Positions 13,013 through 25,636 of a stretch of DNA of 64,000 nt are shown here, piece by piece. The translations under genes and the position numbers were made by a program. How positions within the stretch are numbered: position 1 is the stretch's first letter; each line of letters opens with the position of its first letter. Under the pieces are notes generated by a model. It saw nothing but the letters and a program-made list of their open reading frames with translations, made no database searches and was not told where the DNA came from. This DNA comes from the human T2T-CHM13v2.0 reference genome, Homo sapiens, in NCBI RefSeq assembly GCF_009914755.1, contig NC_060932.1. One strand, written 5' to 3'.

Positions 13013-14024
13013 ATTATCTCAGCCAGTGATGGTTCATACCTAAGATCCCTTATCTGGAAAGTATCCTCAAGCTTCCCATAGAATCACTCACTCTGGTAGT
13101 AACACTTTTGACAAGAAGTAAATGCAATGGACCTTCTCAGCACAGTTGTCACTGGGGTGAGCTGGGAAGACAGTATGGCAGTATGTGAAACATGAGTGGA
13201 AAGTTCCAGAAGAACTAATGCTCTTCATTCACCACTCCCCAAAAAATAGACAGAAGAGTAGGTGGTAAGCGGTGGGGAGGAGGGGAAAATCCGTCAACTC
13301 CCTGCCCTAGTCTTTGGAGAAATGATACATCCTTTTTTTCAGAGTTGTTTCCAGGACAAAAGGACTTAGTCATTTAATTGCCTGCAGTTTTTTTCTTTCT
13401 TTTAATTCCATTAGTATTGCCTGCAGCCTAACAGTAAGCAGAATGTGTCTTTAATGAAGACAGTAAATAATTTAAAAAAAAAAAAAAAAAAGACAGAAAG
13501 AAGTGCTTTGATTTACCGTGGAAGTCCAGTGCTCTCTAAATTCAAGATGTGCCTTTTCAGTTTCCTGCCCACGGTGCCCAGCACCTCCTAGGTGGAGGCG
13601 CGTTTCTTGACACCAGGCCATCCGTGATAGACAGGAGGACAGAGGCAACTCCCCAACTTTTAACCCACTTCAAGCCTGGTGGCATTTATTTAGTACCTGC
13701 CTCCTACAGGAGGTGCCAAGGCTCATGCCAGCATATGTCCATGAAGGACTTAGCACACAGTAGGCACTCAGTAAAGGGTTGCTTTCTTCCTTCTTGGCAT
13801 CACATCAACACAAGGGAGCAGGTCTTTCATTGACGTGTGTGCACATTTTCTCCGTGGGCTAAATACTGAACAAATCAGCTTTTTAAAAAATATTACCTCC
13901 ATTTATTTTGCAAAAGACTTGCTGACAAGACACCCAGCAGCATCTGAAATTGCATCTAGACAAAGAGGCAGGGACAAGGGGAGCCAGGAGCTCTATTTTC
14001 TCATTCCAGGCTCCCCATTGCTTT

Positions 14025-14341
14025 CTTCCGACACCCGCACAGGCACACACATCCCAGCCCATGTGCATCACCGCGATAAGGAGACTTTCAAATGCCGCAA
14101 TTCATCACCCTGGCCCCGGCTGGAAGCAGAGCGTGTGTGCGAGCGCGTGTATGCGTGCCCGCGTGTCACACTCCTGCTCGCCGTGCACCTGGAGAGCCTT
14201 TGTAGCTCATCCGACAATGGAGCAGCAAGCCACAGAGCTTTCAAAGAGGGAGGAAGAGGCAGGGAAGTAAAGAAAGACGCCCACTTGGGCTGCCTCCCTT
14301 TGGTTTTGGCTGCAAGATCTGAGCTGGTTAACCAGGTAACA
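14025..14341. promoter_or_regulatory. CpG-retaining candidate regulatory element / possible first exon
   Basis: About 16 CpGs in 14025-14215 in a CpG-poor window; four GCGTG cores; donor-like CAG|GTAACA at 14335/6. Confidence 0.4.
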
Positions 14342-14709
14342 ATATGATAAAGGCTGGCAGAAAGGAGCCCAAGCTTCCAGCCTGGAGCCCTGATGCAGAA
14401 TGAGATAAACATTAATCACTGCAATCCCACATGGGAGCTGGTGTTTTTTCTTAAGGCCTTTTGGTGGGGAATGTAGGAAGTAAACACGGATGTTAGTAAT
14501 GCTAATCCCACTTCCCAAAGTCTTCAGGGACTTTCATGCTAAACCTTGGCTAGTCAGAGTCAGCCTCACCTGGACACATGTGTGTGCACACATGTACACA
14601 CACACACACGTTCACAGGCACACACACATGCTCCAGGGCCCCCACCTGGGGTGTTCTCCTAGAGCCCACCACTTCTCTTTTGAGGATTCTTATGAAAATG
14701 GGAATTAAA

Positions 14710-14850
14710 TGAATATCCACTTACTGAGACCTACTCTGGGCCAGGCACTTCCATTTGCTTACTTAGTTTAAGCCTCACAAGAGTACTGGGAAGATATTTC
14801 AGGTTATGACTCCATTTGCACAGATGCAGAAAACTAAGATGCAGAGAGGT
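14710..14850 (-). mobile_element. MIR
   Basis: cacttactgagacctactctgggccaggcact...cagatgcagaaaactaagatgcagagaggt. Confidence 0.65.
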
Positions 14851-14895
14851 GATGTGGTTTTGGTTTTGATTTTCAGTCAAATTCAGATCTAGATC

Positions 14896-15375
14896 TTTTT
14901 TTTTTTATGCCCAACTACACATGTTCAAAGTGAACAATTTGATGTCTTCACGTACATATACACTGGTAAAACCATCACCATAACCAAGATCATAAATATG
15001 TCCATCACCCCAGAAGTTTCCTCAAGGCCTTTTATAATTCTTCTCCTTCCCCTACTCCCAGGATCCCCCACACCATCAGGCCACCACTGACCTTTATGTC
15101 ACTCTAAGTTAGTTTGCACTTTTATATAGAATATAGAATCATACAGTATGTGTTTCTATAGTTATATAGAATATGGAATCATGCAGTATGTGGCTTCTGT
15201 TGGTCAGTATAATTGTCTTGAGATTCATGTGTGTTCTCACATGTTTTCATGTCCCCTTCTATTGCTGAGCGGATTCAATCCCAAGGATATGCCATTCAGT
15301 TGTTAGTGAACATCTGTGTTGTTTCCAGTGTGACGCCATTCCAAATAAGGCTTCTAGGAACATTCACATTCAAAC
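14896..15375 (-). mobile_element. Old L1M 3' end (non-inverted segment)
   Basis: Poly(T) at ~14896-14906 followed by antisense L1M 3'UTR (tccatcaccccagaag, ggaatcatacagtatgtg, gttgtttccagt). Confidence 0.75.
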
Positions 15376-15815
15376 TCTTAAACCTTAATAATAAGAGGAA
15401 AAAAATCTAAAAATCAGGAAAATATTTGAACAGACACTTCACCCAAAAAGATATACCAATGGCAAATAATCACATGAAAAGATGCTTAACCCCATTTATC
15501 ACTGGAGAAATTCAGATTAAAACCTCAACAAGATATCCCTCCACAAGTATTAGAGTGACTAACATTTAAAAAGACCAACCATTGCAAGTGTTGGTGAGGA
15601 TGTGGAGCTATTGGAATGCTTGTCCACTGCTGCTGGGAATATAAAATGACACAGCCACTTTGGAAAACAGTTCAACCATCTCTCAAAAAAGGTAAATATG
15701 CATCTATCATATGAACCAGCCACTGCATTTTTAGGTGGTTACCCAAGAGAAATGAAAGCACCTGTGCACACAAATGCCTGCTCATGAATGTTCAGAGCAA
15801 CTTTATGTTTAATAA
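15376..15815 (+). mobile_element. Old L1M ORF2-end segment, opposite orientation to its neighbour
   Basis: gaacagacacttcacc...cacatgaaaagatgct...ttggtgaggatgtggag...ccactttggaaaacagtt. Confidence 0.8.
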
Positions 15816-15878
15816 GAATCTGTGTTTTTAAAATCAGCCAGGTAATCCTAATAATGAGACAGGTTTTGGAACCACTGG
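15815..15878. mobile_element. MER5-type (hAT-Charlie) fragment
   Basis: gaatctgtgtttttaa...ccaggtaatcct...ttggaaccactg. Confidence 0.5.
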
Positions 15879-16309
15879 GCTGGACACTCGGTTATATATG
15901 ATTGCTTGAGAAAAATCCTCTTATTCCTCAGATAGCTATATAAGCAGGGAAGGGGTTAAATTCCAAATTTAGCCTGTCGGGGAAGGAATGTCATTTAATG
16001 AATCTATGTAATGTTGGACAAGTCACTTTTTATCTTTTTCGAACTGTATTTTGTACATTTGAACCCTAAGAGGGAGGTTGAGCGATCCCCAGCCTGCAGG
16101 ATTCTATACTTTGATGATCTCAGAGAACTCCACAATAAACCCACTCGGTGTCCCTAACAGGGTAGCATGAATCCCATTGAACAGTATATGGGCTGTAGTT
16201 TTTCTGCCCGTGGGGGCATCTCTCTCTCCGTTCTGCCAGACACCCAGTCACACAATTAGGTATGCACACACATGAGTACATGCACACACACACACACACG
16301 CACACCCCA

Positions 16310-17140
16310 CCTTTCAATTTTAAAATGTTAATGTCTCCGAGATTGAGGGTGCCAGAATTGTCATTAAACTATTCCAGACACAAAGGCCCTCTGCTGCTTT
16401 GCAGCCCACATGAGGCTGCATTTTGCTTATCTGGATCCCTTTTGTCTGGAATTATTTCTTTCCTTTGAATAACCTGCAAAATGTAAGGCTGGAGACGGAA
16501 TTGTTGGCCTCCCTTATTTGGAAATGGATTTGTCTTTTGCAGTCAGTACCCATACCTGGGGCAGTTTGGATCAAAAACAGTTTTCAAGTCTTCATTTATT
16601 GCTACTTTTTAAAGAATTCCCCCTTTGATCAAGAGCCCGGGGATTCCATGCTTTGCCCCCTCAAAATGCGCTCCCACCCCCCAGATCCCAGTGCTGTTTT
16701 TGTTTCTTTTGAAAGCCCTGTTTACTTCGGAAATTCAGCAATTGCTCCCGAAGTTCCTTTGATGTCTATTGAATTTAATACATTTCATTGCATTATGGAG
16801 AAGCTATTTCAGCTTTTGGTATCAGCATCTTCTTGATGTGCCGAGGGGTCTTTTTGTTGGATTTTGTGTGTGCGGTTGTTGATTTGCATTGTTGAAATTA
16901 TTTTTTAAGAATGATTTGAAGGCTTTTTTCTTTTTTTAAAGATTAGCCAAAGGGTGAGGCAAGCGATGAGATTGACACCTCCTAGAAACTAGATTCTCCG
17001 CTGAGCCAAGGGAGAGATGACATGAAGAAATATTTCTTTCTGCCTCTCTTTTTTTCCCTAATTCCCTTGCCTCAGCTGTTGCCTCCACAATAAACCCACA
17101 AAGGCCATCATTTTGCAACATTGTATCTATCAAAGATCAA
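16310..17140. promoter_or_regulatory. Apparently TE-free block with TCF/LEF motif cluster (candidate enhancer)
   Basis: CTTTGAT at 16623 and 16757, ATCAAAG at 17129, CATTGT (SOX-type) sites; no repeat recognised. Confidence 0.35.
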
Positions 17141-17304
17141 CTACCTACTATGCCACACCAAGTTTCATGCTAAATATAAAAGTCAAATAGCTCCAAATGT
17201 AATTGAGACATGAGATATATTATCTGTCTGTACTCAAATAACATTTCCCTAAAAATTCATGTCCACTTGGAACCTGCAAAGGTGCCCTATTTAAAAATAA
17301 GGTT

Positions 17305-17640
17305 GGCCGGGCCTGGTGGCTCGCACCTGTAATCCCAGCACTTTGGGAGGCCAAGGGGGCGGATCACAATGTCAGGAAATTGAGACCATCCTGGCCAACG
17401 TGGTGAAACCCCATCTCTACCAAAAATACAAAAATTAGCTGGGCATGGTGGTGCACGCCTGTAATACCAGCTACTTGGGAGGCTGAGGCAGGAGAATCAC
17501 TTGAACCAGGGAGTCAGAGGTTGCAGTGAGCCAAGATCGTGCCACTGCCCTCCAGCCTGGGCGACGGAGCAAGACTCCATTGCAAAAAAAAAAAAAAAAA
17601 AAAGAAAAAAGAAAAGAAAAGAAAAAAGAAAAAGAAAAAG
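17305..17640 (+). mobile_element. AluSc with (GAAAA)n tail
   Basis: ggatcacaatgtcagg...gagaccatcctggccaac; TSD AAATAAGGT. Confidence 0.93.
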
Positions 17641-17973
17641 AAATAAGGTCTTTGAGAGGTAATCAAGTTAAAATGATGTCATCCTGGATTAGGATAAGCC
17701 CCTAATCCCATGACTGGTGTCCTTATAAGGAGAGGAACATTTATACAGACATACAAACAGGGAAAAAATCCAAGTGAAGGCAAGGCGTGAGATTAAAGTG
17801 ATCCTGTCACAATCCAAGGATTGCCAGGGGTCACCAGCTGCCAGCAGAAGCTAGAAGATTCTTCTGTAGAGTCTTCGGAGGAAGGGCAACCTTGCTGACA
17901 CCTTGATTCCATCTTGTAGCCTCCAGAACTGTAAGAGAATATATTCCTGTTGTTTTAAGCCTTCTAGTGTGTA

Positions 17974-18033
17974 TTAGGTTGGTCCAAAAGTAGCTACAGT
18001 TTTTGCCATTAATTTTTTTATGCACCAACCTAA
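17974..18033. mobile_element. MADE1 (Hsmar1 MITE), internally deleted
   Basis: TIRs TTAGGTTGGTCCA...TGCACCAACCTAA, preceded by TA. Confidence 0.85.
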
Positions 18034-18079
18034 TTAGTACTGATTTGTTATGACTGCCCTAGGAAAATTAATGCAATAT

Positions 18080-18460
18080 CCGGTATATCATTAATAACAG
18101 AGGCCTATACATATATTATCAGACACATCTAAGAGTCTTCACATATTTAATTTTTATAACCTCATAAAATAGGTACTCTTCTCACCCTGTATTTAGAGTG
18201 ACCATATGATGTTTCATCCAAAACAAGATATTTTTGAGAGGAAAAGGGAATACCGTTAATAATTATACTAAGAAAACAGGCGTTAACCAAACCGCTGAGG
18301 ACGTCTGCTTACTCTACGCACTTTACGGAATATGAAACTGAAGTAGAGGCAAGCTCAATCACTTGCCCAAGGACATATAGCTAGTAGGTGGCAGTAACAG
18401 GATTTGAACCCAGGCAGTCTGGCTCCAGAATATTTTCCCATAACCACTATTCTACACCAT
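18080..18460 (-). mobile_element. MIR containing a MER94-like insertion (~18195-18316)
   Basis: MIR motifs gaaactgaag...acttgcccaagg...ggatttgaacccaggcagtctggctccag; insert starts tagagtgaccatat and contains taataattatac...aacaggcgt. Confidence 0.65.
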
Positions 18461-19499
18461 ACTCAGTTTGCCCAGCCTTCTGGGAAATAGCCATAACAAG
18501 AGCCGCCTGAAAATATGCTTCAGCCACGGCTCTGCCATTAGTACAGGCAGCACAACCACCGCTGGCTCGGGGGTCTAAGATCTAAGAGGAAACAAGAAAA
18601 TTCTCCAGGACCATAGTTCTATTACACAGAGACATGAGAATAGAAGTTAAAAGTTGTTGACTATGGTTCCAATTCTGCCATTCAGTAAGTAAGGGCTGTC
18701 CTAGGGAAAGTCACTTCCCCTCACTTCCTCCTTGCCCTATTCCAGTCTGCTGTCAGCACTTTCAATTTCAGTTCTGCCCAGATGACCCCAACATGTATCA
18801 GTGACTCCAAAGATAGGCTCAGCTCAGTATCCCAACAAAAAGAGGCCATTGCAAAGATATTTGCCTGTACATGGGCTGTAGAATTTTTCTGTGGCTACAA
18901 ACCTAGGTGGCGTGGGTGCTTTGAGAGTGAACTTGGCCTTTGGGTACATTTAGAAGCAGTAGGTGGACAAGTCTCCTTCCTGAATAACAGAAATTGGGGA
19001 CAGTCTGAACAATGGGCTACATCCTGGGCTCTGCACTAGTACTGAAGTCAGGCCTGGAACCCTGAATTAGGCTAGGGTCCTGATGTCATCACTCCCTCCC
19101 TGGGATCCTCTAGAAGCTCTAACCCTGTGTCTCACCCTGCCCTCTCAGACATGACCCCTCAGATGTCAAGGGGCCTGGACCAGGCTTAAGTTTGCTCTGT
19201 CTCTGTGAATCTAGTGACTTGGGCCACTGGGGACAGCCTCTCTCTGGGTTAGTTCTGCTTGGCCTCTGCCTGCAGCTGGTCTCAATCACTCTCTCCTCCT
19301 CACGGGAGTTTGCAGCATGGCTCATGATCAGGGCTAACCAGCTTTGGACAACCACCACGTCCCCTTGGTCACCACGTCCTGCTGAATCTACCTCCCAAGT
19401 GCCTTTAATTTTAGACTTGCATCTCTACTCATGTGAGCAAGTGCTTGCCAGCTGCTCTGTCTGGTTCTGGTCTCTTCCATGCACTGTCTCTTTTCATCT

Positions 19500-20125
19500 C
19501 CTCATAGACTCACCCTTCTTACTGCTACAGGAGGTATTACTTTAAAACACACCTTAGACTACATCATCCCCTATATGTTGTAAACCTTCAGTATACTCCC
19601 AGGATAAAGTATTCCCAGTATAGAGACCAAATTCCTACCTGGGACTCAAGGTCTTCACCTCCTGGATGCAAACTGCCTTCTCACCTCCTCTTCTCACCTT
19701 CCCAGGCATAGAGTCATCCTGCTTCCCCAGAGAACTTCCCTATGTTCCAGCTCCACCAGAGGAAGCACCACTCCAAATGCTTTTGGGGTAATGCTTCCTC
19801 TGATTCACACGCACTTAGCACCTCCCCTTTCTCACTGCCCAGATGGCATCCCCGCCTTGGTTAATTCCACCTCCTTCTCACCCGTTAAGGCACACCTCGA
19901 ACATTACTCTTGGAGTCAGTCTCTCTAACTCCCTCCTTCCCATACCTAGCTTTTGTCAGAACCAGTTTCTCGCTGCTCAGCAACCCGAGTGCTCTTTGAT
20001 AAAGCTTGTTCCTGCTCTCCCAAGCTGACTGTAGTACAGTTCCCTCTGTGCTTCTCTGGCTCCCAGAAACTGGGGCTTTCCCATGTTTCATCCCCACAAT
20101 GCCCAGCTCAACATACAGCACCTAT
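19500..20125 (+). mobile_element. L2 fragments
   Basis: Pyrimidine-rich L2 3' region ending catccccacaatgcccagctcaacatacagcacc. Confidence 0.5.
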
Positions 20126-20269
20126 AAGTGCACAGATTGACTTTTGAGCCAGAGCAGAGAACAAACCTCTCACCTGGCTTCCTCCCTTCATGATGGTCCC
20201 TCAGTGGTGTACGGGCTATAGGCAGGACCCTGGGAAAGACTCCCAAAAGCCTCGGAAGAAACGCTCTTA

Positions 20270-20880
20270 GAGGGGAGCTAAGGATGCTATTAAGCTCCAA
20301 GATGGAGAAAGAAAGAATAAAAAAGAATGCATTTTGGTTTGTGCATGCCCCCTCCTTTGAAAGCTTTTCCCTGTCAGCCTTGTGGCAGTCTTTGCTGCTG
20401 AGTCCTTGTGGGAAGGTTCAGGGTTTTTCTCAATTCCTCCCTCTCTCCAATGCTGCAGCCCTCTTGTGTTTGCTGCAATTTGGCTGCCAAGACTTTTCAA
20501 ATACACATCATTAATTCTGCTATACAGCCCAAGTGAGCTCAGGCATTTGAAAAAGGAAAGAAACATGGAATTCAAGAGCTGGAGCTGCCACATGCAAAGA
20601 TCATTGGGGAAAGCAAACCAAAGAGAGCCTTTATTTATTTTTTTGTTTTTCAACAGACACAAGGTCACTGCAAGCAGCAGCCATTAGCCTAATTAGAGCT
20701 TTGGAATAAGAGAGGGGAGAGAGCACTCCAGTGTGGGAGAAAGAGGGGAGGGGACAAAGACAGTAATTGAAGCCAATAATGAATATTAAATTCTTATAAG
20801 TAATATTTAATTAAGTTATCCTACGATTGAGGCATTTGGCAAATATTACCATGGGATTCAAAGTAGTATATTAAGTACCT
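20270..20880. promoter_or_regulatory. Apparently TE-free homeobox-motif-rich block (candidate enhancer)
   Basis: CTAATTAG 20689, TAATTG, TTAATTAA 20807, ATTAAT, TGTCA. Confidence 0.35.
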
Positions 20881-21087
20881 AAAAAATCACTAAGCAGAGA
20901 ACACAGACTGCCTTCTTTTCCTCTAGTCTGCTTAGCTATTTTATCTGTATCAGGGTTCCCTGGGCTGATGGGTAAAGGGAGTTAAAGAAACGTGTGTCCC
21001 TGAGCCCACTTCTTGGCCCCCATGCACAGCTTCCACATCACCTCACGTGGGACTGGAGCTTATCACCATATTAAAGTAGAAAACCTC

Positions 21088-21200
21088 AGCCAAGCACAGT
21101 AGTACATTCCTGTAGTCCCAGCTACCCAAGAGGCTGAGATGGGAGGATCCTTTGAGCCTAAGAGTTGGAATCCAGCCTGGGCAACATAGCAAGATTCCTT
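21088..21200 (+). mobile_element. FLAM-type Alu monomer
   Basis: cctgtagtcccagctac...gggaggatcctttgagcc...ccagcctgggcaacatagcaag; single arm. Confidence 0.8.
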
Positions 21201-21269
21201 CTGTTTCCCTGAAGATTCTGTTAAAAGTGGCAAAGACAACCCAGAACTTGAGAAAAGGTGTTTGTAAGC

Positions 21270-22510
21270 CACATAACCAACTGAGGATAACTTTTTAGAA
21301 TGTATAAATGTCTATTACTGAAAGAGACAAATGGCTCAATAGAAAAATGGGCAAAAGATATGAACAGGCAATTCACAGAACAAAAAGCTCAAGTTAAAGT
21401 ATGAAAAACCAGAAAGATCAAGCTCACTAGAAATCAGGAAAAAAAATACACAATCTGAAACGCTACCATTTCATAACCAACAGATGAACAACAACAAAAG
21501 ATGAATGTCTTATGACACTAAGTGTTGGTGAGAAAAAGGAAGGATAGGAAGGTGGGTATCATACAAATTGGTGCAATCACATTGGAGACCAATCTGCCAC
21601 TATACAATAAAGCTGCGGATGTACTGTATTAGTTCATTTTTACCCTGCTATAAAGAAATACCCAAGACTGGGTAATTTATGCAGGAAAGAGGTTTAATTG
21701 CCTCACAGTTTCACATGGCTGGGGAGGCCTCAGAAAACAAAATCATGGTAGAAGGGGAAGCAGACACCTTCTTCACAAGGTGACAGGAGAGAGAAGACTG
21801 TGTAAGAGCACAGGAAAAACTACCATTCATAAAACCATCAGATCTCGTGAGAATTCACCTACTATCATGAGAACAGGATGGGGGAAACCACCCCCATAAT
21901 CCAGTCACTTCCCACCAGGTCTCCCTCTCCCTAAACACTTGGAGATTACCATTCAAGGTGAGATTTGGGTGGGAACAGAAAGCCAAATTGTATCATGTAC
22001 ACATCCTAGGCTCAAGGAAATCCATTACAAGGTATGTAGCCCGGATTCTTCTAAATGGGCACAAAAATATTTGAGGTAGCATTGTTTGTAGAGCAAAAAT
22101 TACAAACAACCTGATATTCATCACCAAGAGAACAGAAATATAAATTGCATATTTATACAATGAAAACTTATTTAGCAGCAAAAACAAATCAATGTATCAT
22201 GTGGATAAATTTTTGAAACCTAATTCTGGCAAATATCAAACACAAAACAAAAAAGAGTAGCAGAATATATACATGATGGTACAATTTATGTAAAATTTTT
22301 CAATCTGTAGAACATAATATTTAGAGACACATACATATGTGTAAAAAATAAAATGCATGAGAATGATAAACAACAAACTCAGGCAGAGGTTACCTGGGAA
22401 GATGCTGTGGGAAATGGTACACAGAGCAATGCATGGGCATTCTTATATTCATCTGTAAAGCTTTTTCATATCTTAAATATTTCATAACACATTTTTAAAA
22501 ATTATTAACA
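21270..22510 (+). mobile_element. Old L1M fragment split by an LTR
   Basis: aatagaaaaatgggcaaaagatatgaacaggcaattcacagaa; continues after 21996 into L1M 3'UTR. Confidence 0.7.
21625..21995 (-). mobile_element. THE1D/MSTA-type MaLR solo LTR
   Basis: tgtattagt...gactgggtaattt...aaaccatcagatctcgtgaga...tatca; perfect 5-bp TSD TGTAC (21620-24, 21996-22000). Confidence 0.9.
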
Positions 22511-23419
22511 GTCATATTTGTTAAACAGATAGAAATATGCCTCAAGAAGATTACAAGTTTCTCAAGGGAAAGAGCGTGAAACAGTCATGAAAGAGAAGAT
22601 CAGGTTTGATTAGTGGCCAAAATGCAAGGTACAGTTAGGACGCAGCAAAGGAGAGGGATTTTAGGAACCATGAAATGCTCTTATGCTGAAATCTCTACCC
22701 AAGAGGGAACCTGAATGTCAAGTGGGTCACTTCCTGCCACAGTAGTGACCCACACCCAATATGAAGGAGCCATCACCAATGCCAGAGCAGGCAGGTTGGC
22801 ATGGCGACCTACTCATTTGTCCTGAGGAGCAAAAGGACTCGAGGCTAGAGATGGAACCCACAGGCAAAGAATAATCAATTAGATATTTTTTGCCAACTGA
22901 ATCAAGATACCACTTTCACCCTTCTCCCAATTCTATATTTGTTTAATACATATATCCAAATTCGACTGCCCCAAAATACATAGGTGTTTTCTGAGGGACC
23001 ACCAAGGCCTCATTGTCTTGCCAGAGCTTAGAAAAACCTCATCATTCTTACTCACAGAGACCCTTACCATTGATCAGAAGAGGAGTGAGAGACACCAAAG
23101 CTATCAACAGAAATACCTGAGCCACTTTTAGCTGGATTTAGTCTTGGAGAAGTCTCTTTCAGGAATCACAATAATTAACGTGTATTTTTGTAAAAGACAG
23201 CCATGCTTATCACATCTTTAACTAGCCTTCAGATTTACATAGAATAGTATTTTTATCCATAGAGGGACACCTGCGCTCTTGCTTATTTATTGAAAATGGA
23301 AATAAATAGACCAGGCAGAAAGTCTAGTAAATTCTGGTATTAGCATAACATGATGTGTGTAAGTCTCTCTCCCTCCAGGCACTAATAACTTCAACTCTAT
23401 AATTAGAGGATTGCTCCAG

Positions 23420-23590
23420 ACATGGGACAGCCAGCTATAGCCTACAGGCCTTTGGCCTTTTACCTGTTTCTGTACAGGCCTCAAGCACTACAATGGGAGA
23501 GTTGGATAGTTGGGAAAGAGACCATACAACCTGCAAAGACTAAAATATTTACTAACTAGCCTGTTGCAGAAAAAGTTTGCCAACCCCTAG
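23420..23590. mobile_element. MER58 (hAT-Charlie)
   Basis: gagaccatac...ctgcaaagactaaaatatttact...cagaaaaagtttgccaacccct. Confidence 0.75.
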
Positions 23591-23686
23591 TCTAGAGCAG
23601 CCCTGTCCAACAGATTAGATACAATGTGAGCCAACTATGGAACATTACATTTTCTGGTAGTTGGCTTAAAAAATAAGCCAGGCACA

Positions 23687-24250
<564 letters not shown>

Positions 24251-25029
24251 AAAAAGAAAGCAGTAAAATAAATTTTAATGATATATTGCATTTAATCCAA
24301 TATATCCCAAAAGTACAATTTATAATTAATATAAAGAATTTTAGGAGATATTTTACATTATTGTTTTCATACAAAGTCTTAAAAACTGGATATGTCTCTT
24401 ACACACTACAGTACATCTCAGTTCAGCTAGCTAGTACATTTCAAGGGCTCGATAGTCACATGAGGCTAATGGCTACTATACTTGACAGCATAGGGCCAGA
24501 TTATCTCTAAGGTCCTTTTCAGCTTTCGTGTGATTATCTAAAATATGAATAGGTTTAAAAATGTATATATCCATTCTCCAGCATCCAATTAGAGTTCTGG
24601 CTCCTTAAAATTTTTCCTGATTCCTCTGGTCCACATCAACCTTTGCTCATGACATTCCAAGAGTAAAGCACCCCATCAAGACATGGATGCCTTTATACCA
24701 CCCCCTGAGGGCTGAACCCACAAAGGGACCTCGGCCGCTCCCAGCCTACTTCTGTTCACTCGTTCATTGTGGCTTCCCTCTCATTCATTCTGCCCCTGAC
24801 TTTGCTGTGGGTGTCTCTGCTCTCTCTGGCTCCTCCCCTGCTCTCCTCCTGGAGGTCTCTGTCTTGCATTTTCTCCACCTCCCTGTTGTGGGATATCCTA
24901 GGAGTCCTTCAGGAAGCTCATTCCCAGCCCTGGCCAAACGACCAGCACCTCTCAGAAGAGGAGGGACATAAAAAATGGTGTAGCTATAGAAAGGTAAAAT
25001 GTGAGATGTGGTCTGGGGTTTGAGAGAAA

Positions 25030-25362
25030 AATAGCCCTCCATATCCGTGGATTCTGCATCCATGGATTCAACCAACTATAGATTGAAAATATATATTTTT
25101 TTAATTCCACAAAGTTCCAAAAAGCAAACCTTGACTTTGCCATGCACCAAGTACTACGATGAATCCTCAAGAATGAAGTGATGTGTAGGCATTGCATCAG
25201 GTATTATAAGTCATCTAGAAATGACTTAAAGTGTACAGGAGGATATGCTTAGGTTATATGCCAATATCACATCATTTTATATAAAGGACTTGAACATCTG
25301 TGGATCTGGGTATCCACAGGGAGTCCTGGAACCAATCCCCCACAGACACTGAGGGGTGACTC
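25030..25362. mobile_element. MER2/MER2B (TcMar-Tigger)
   Basis: ccctccatatccgtggattctgcatccatggattcaaccaac...cctggaaccaatcccccacagacactgagggg. Confidence 0.85.
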
Positions 25363-25617
25363 TGCTTAATCTGAAAAGGCAATTCAGGAAATTCAGAGTT
25401 AAAGGAATAATGAGCTTTTGAGAAGGTATTTTTGGGTGAGAAACAGTAGGATTCCTAGGCACTACCCAAGGAGGGCCACTGGTCATTAACTCAGGGAGAG
25501 AGTTGGAAAATGAACCAGAGGCACAAGGATCTGGGGCCCAGGCAAGAGAGGCCTGGCTTCTCTAGAGACCCAGTGGCAGCTGGTGGAACAGCCCCATCTA
25601 GGGCCAGGGATGGGACA

Positions 25618-25636
25618 CAGTGATGAGTCATCACTG
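25618..25636. promoter_or_regulatory. AP-1 site in an extended pseudo-palindrome
   Basis: CAGTGATGA-G-TCATCACTG: 9-bp perfect arms around TGAGTCA. Confidence 0.4.

Larger units (their letters stand above)
17229..18075 (+). mobile_element. MLT1C-like MaLR solo LTR interrupted by AluSc and MADE1
   Basis: aaaattcatgtccac...aataaggtcttt...gactggtgtccttataag...gcctccagaactgtaagagaata...ttgttatgactgccctaggaaa. Confidence 0.8.

Noticed and set aside
13835-14347. 170-aa ORF over the CpG patch
   Set aside because: GTG start with overlapping ORFs on both strands, as expected from GC-rich, stop-poor sequence; no homology recognised.
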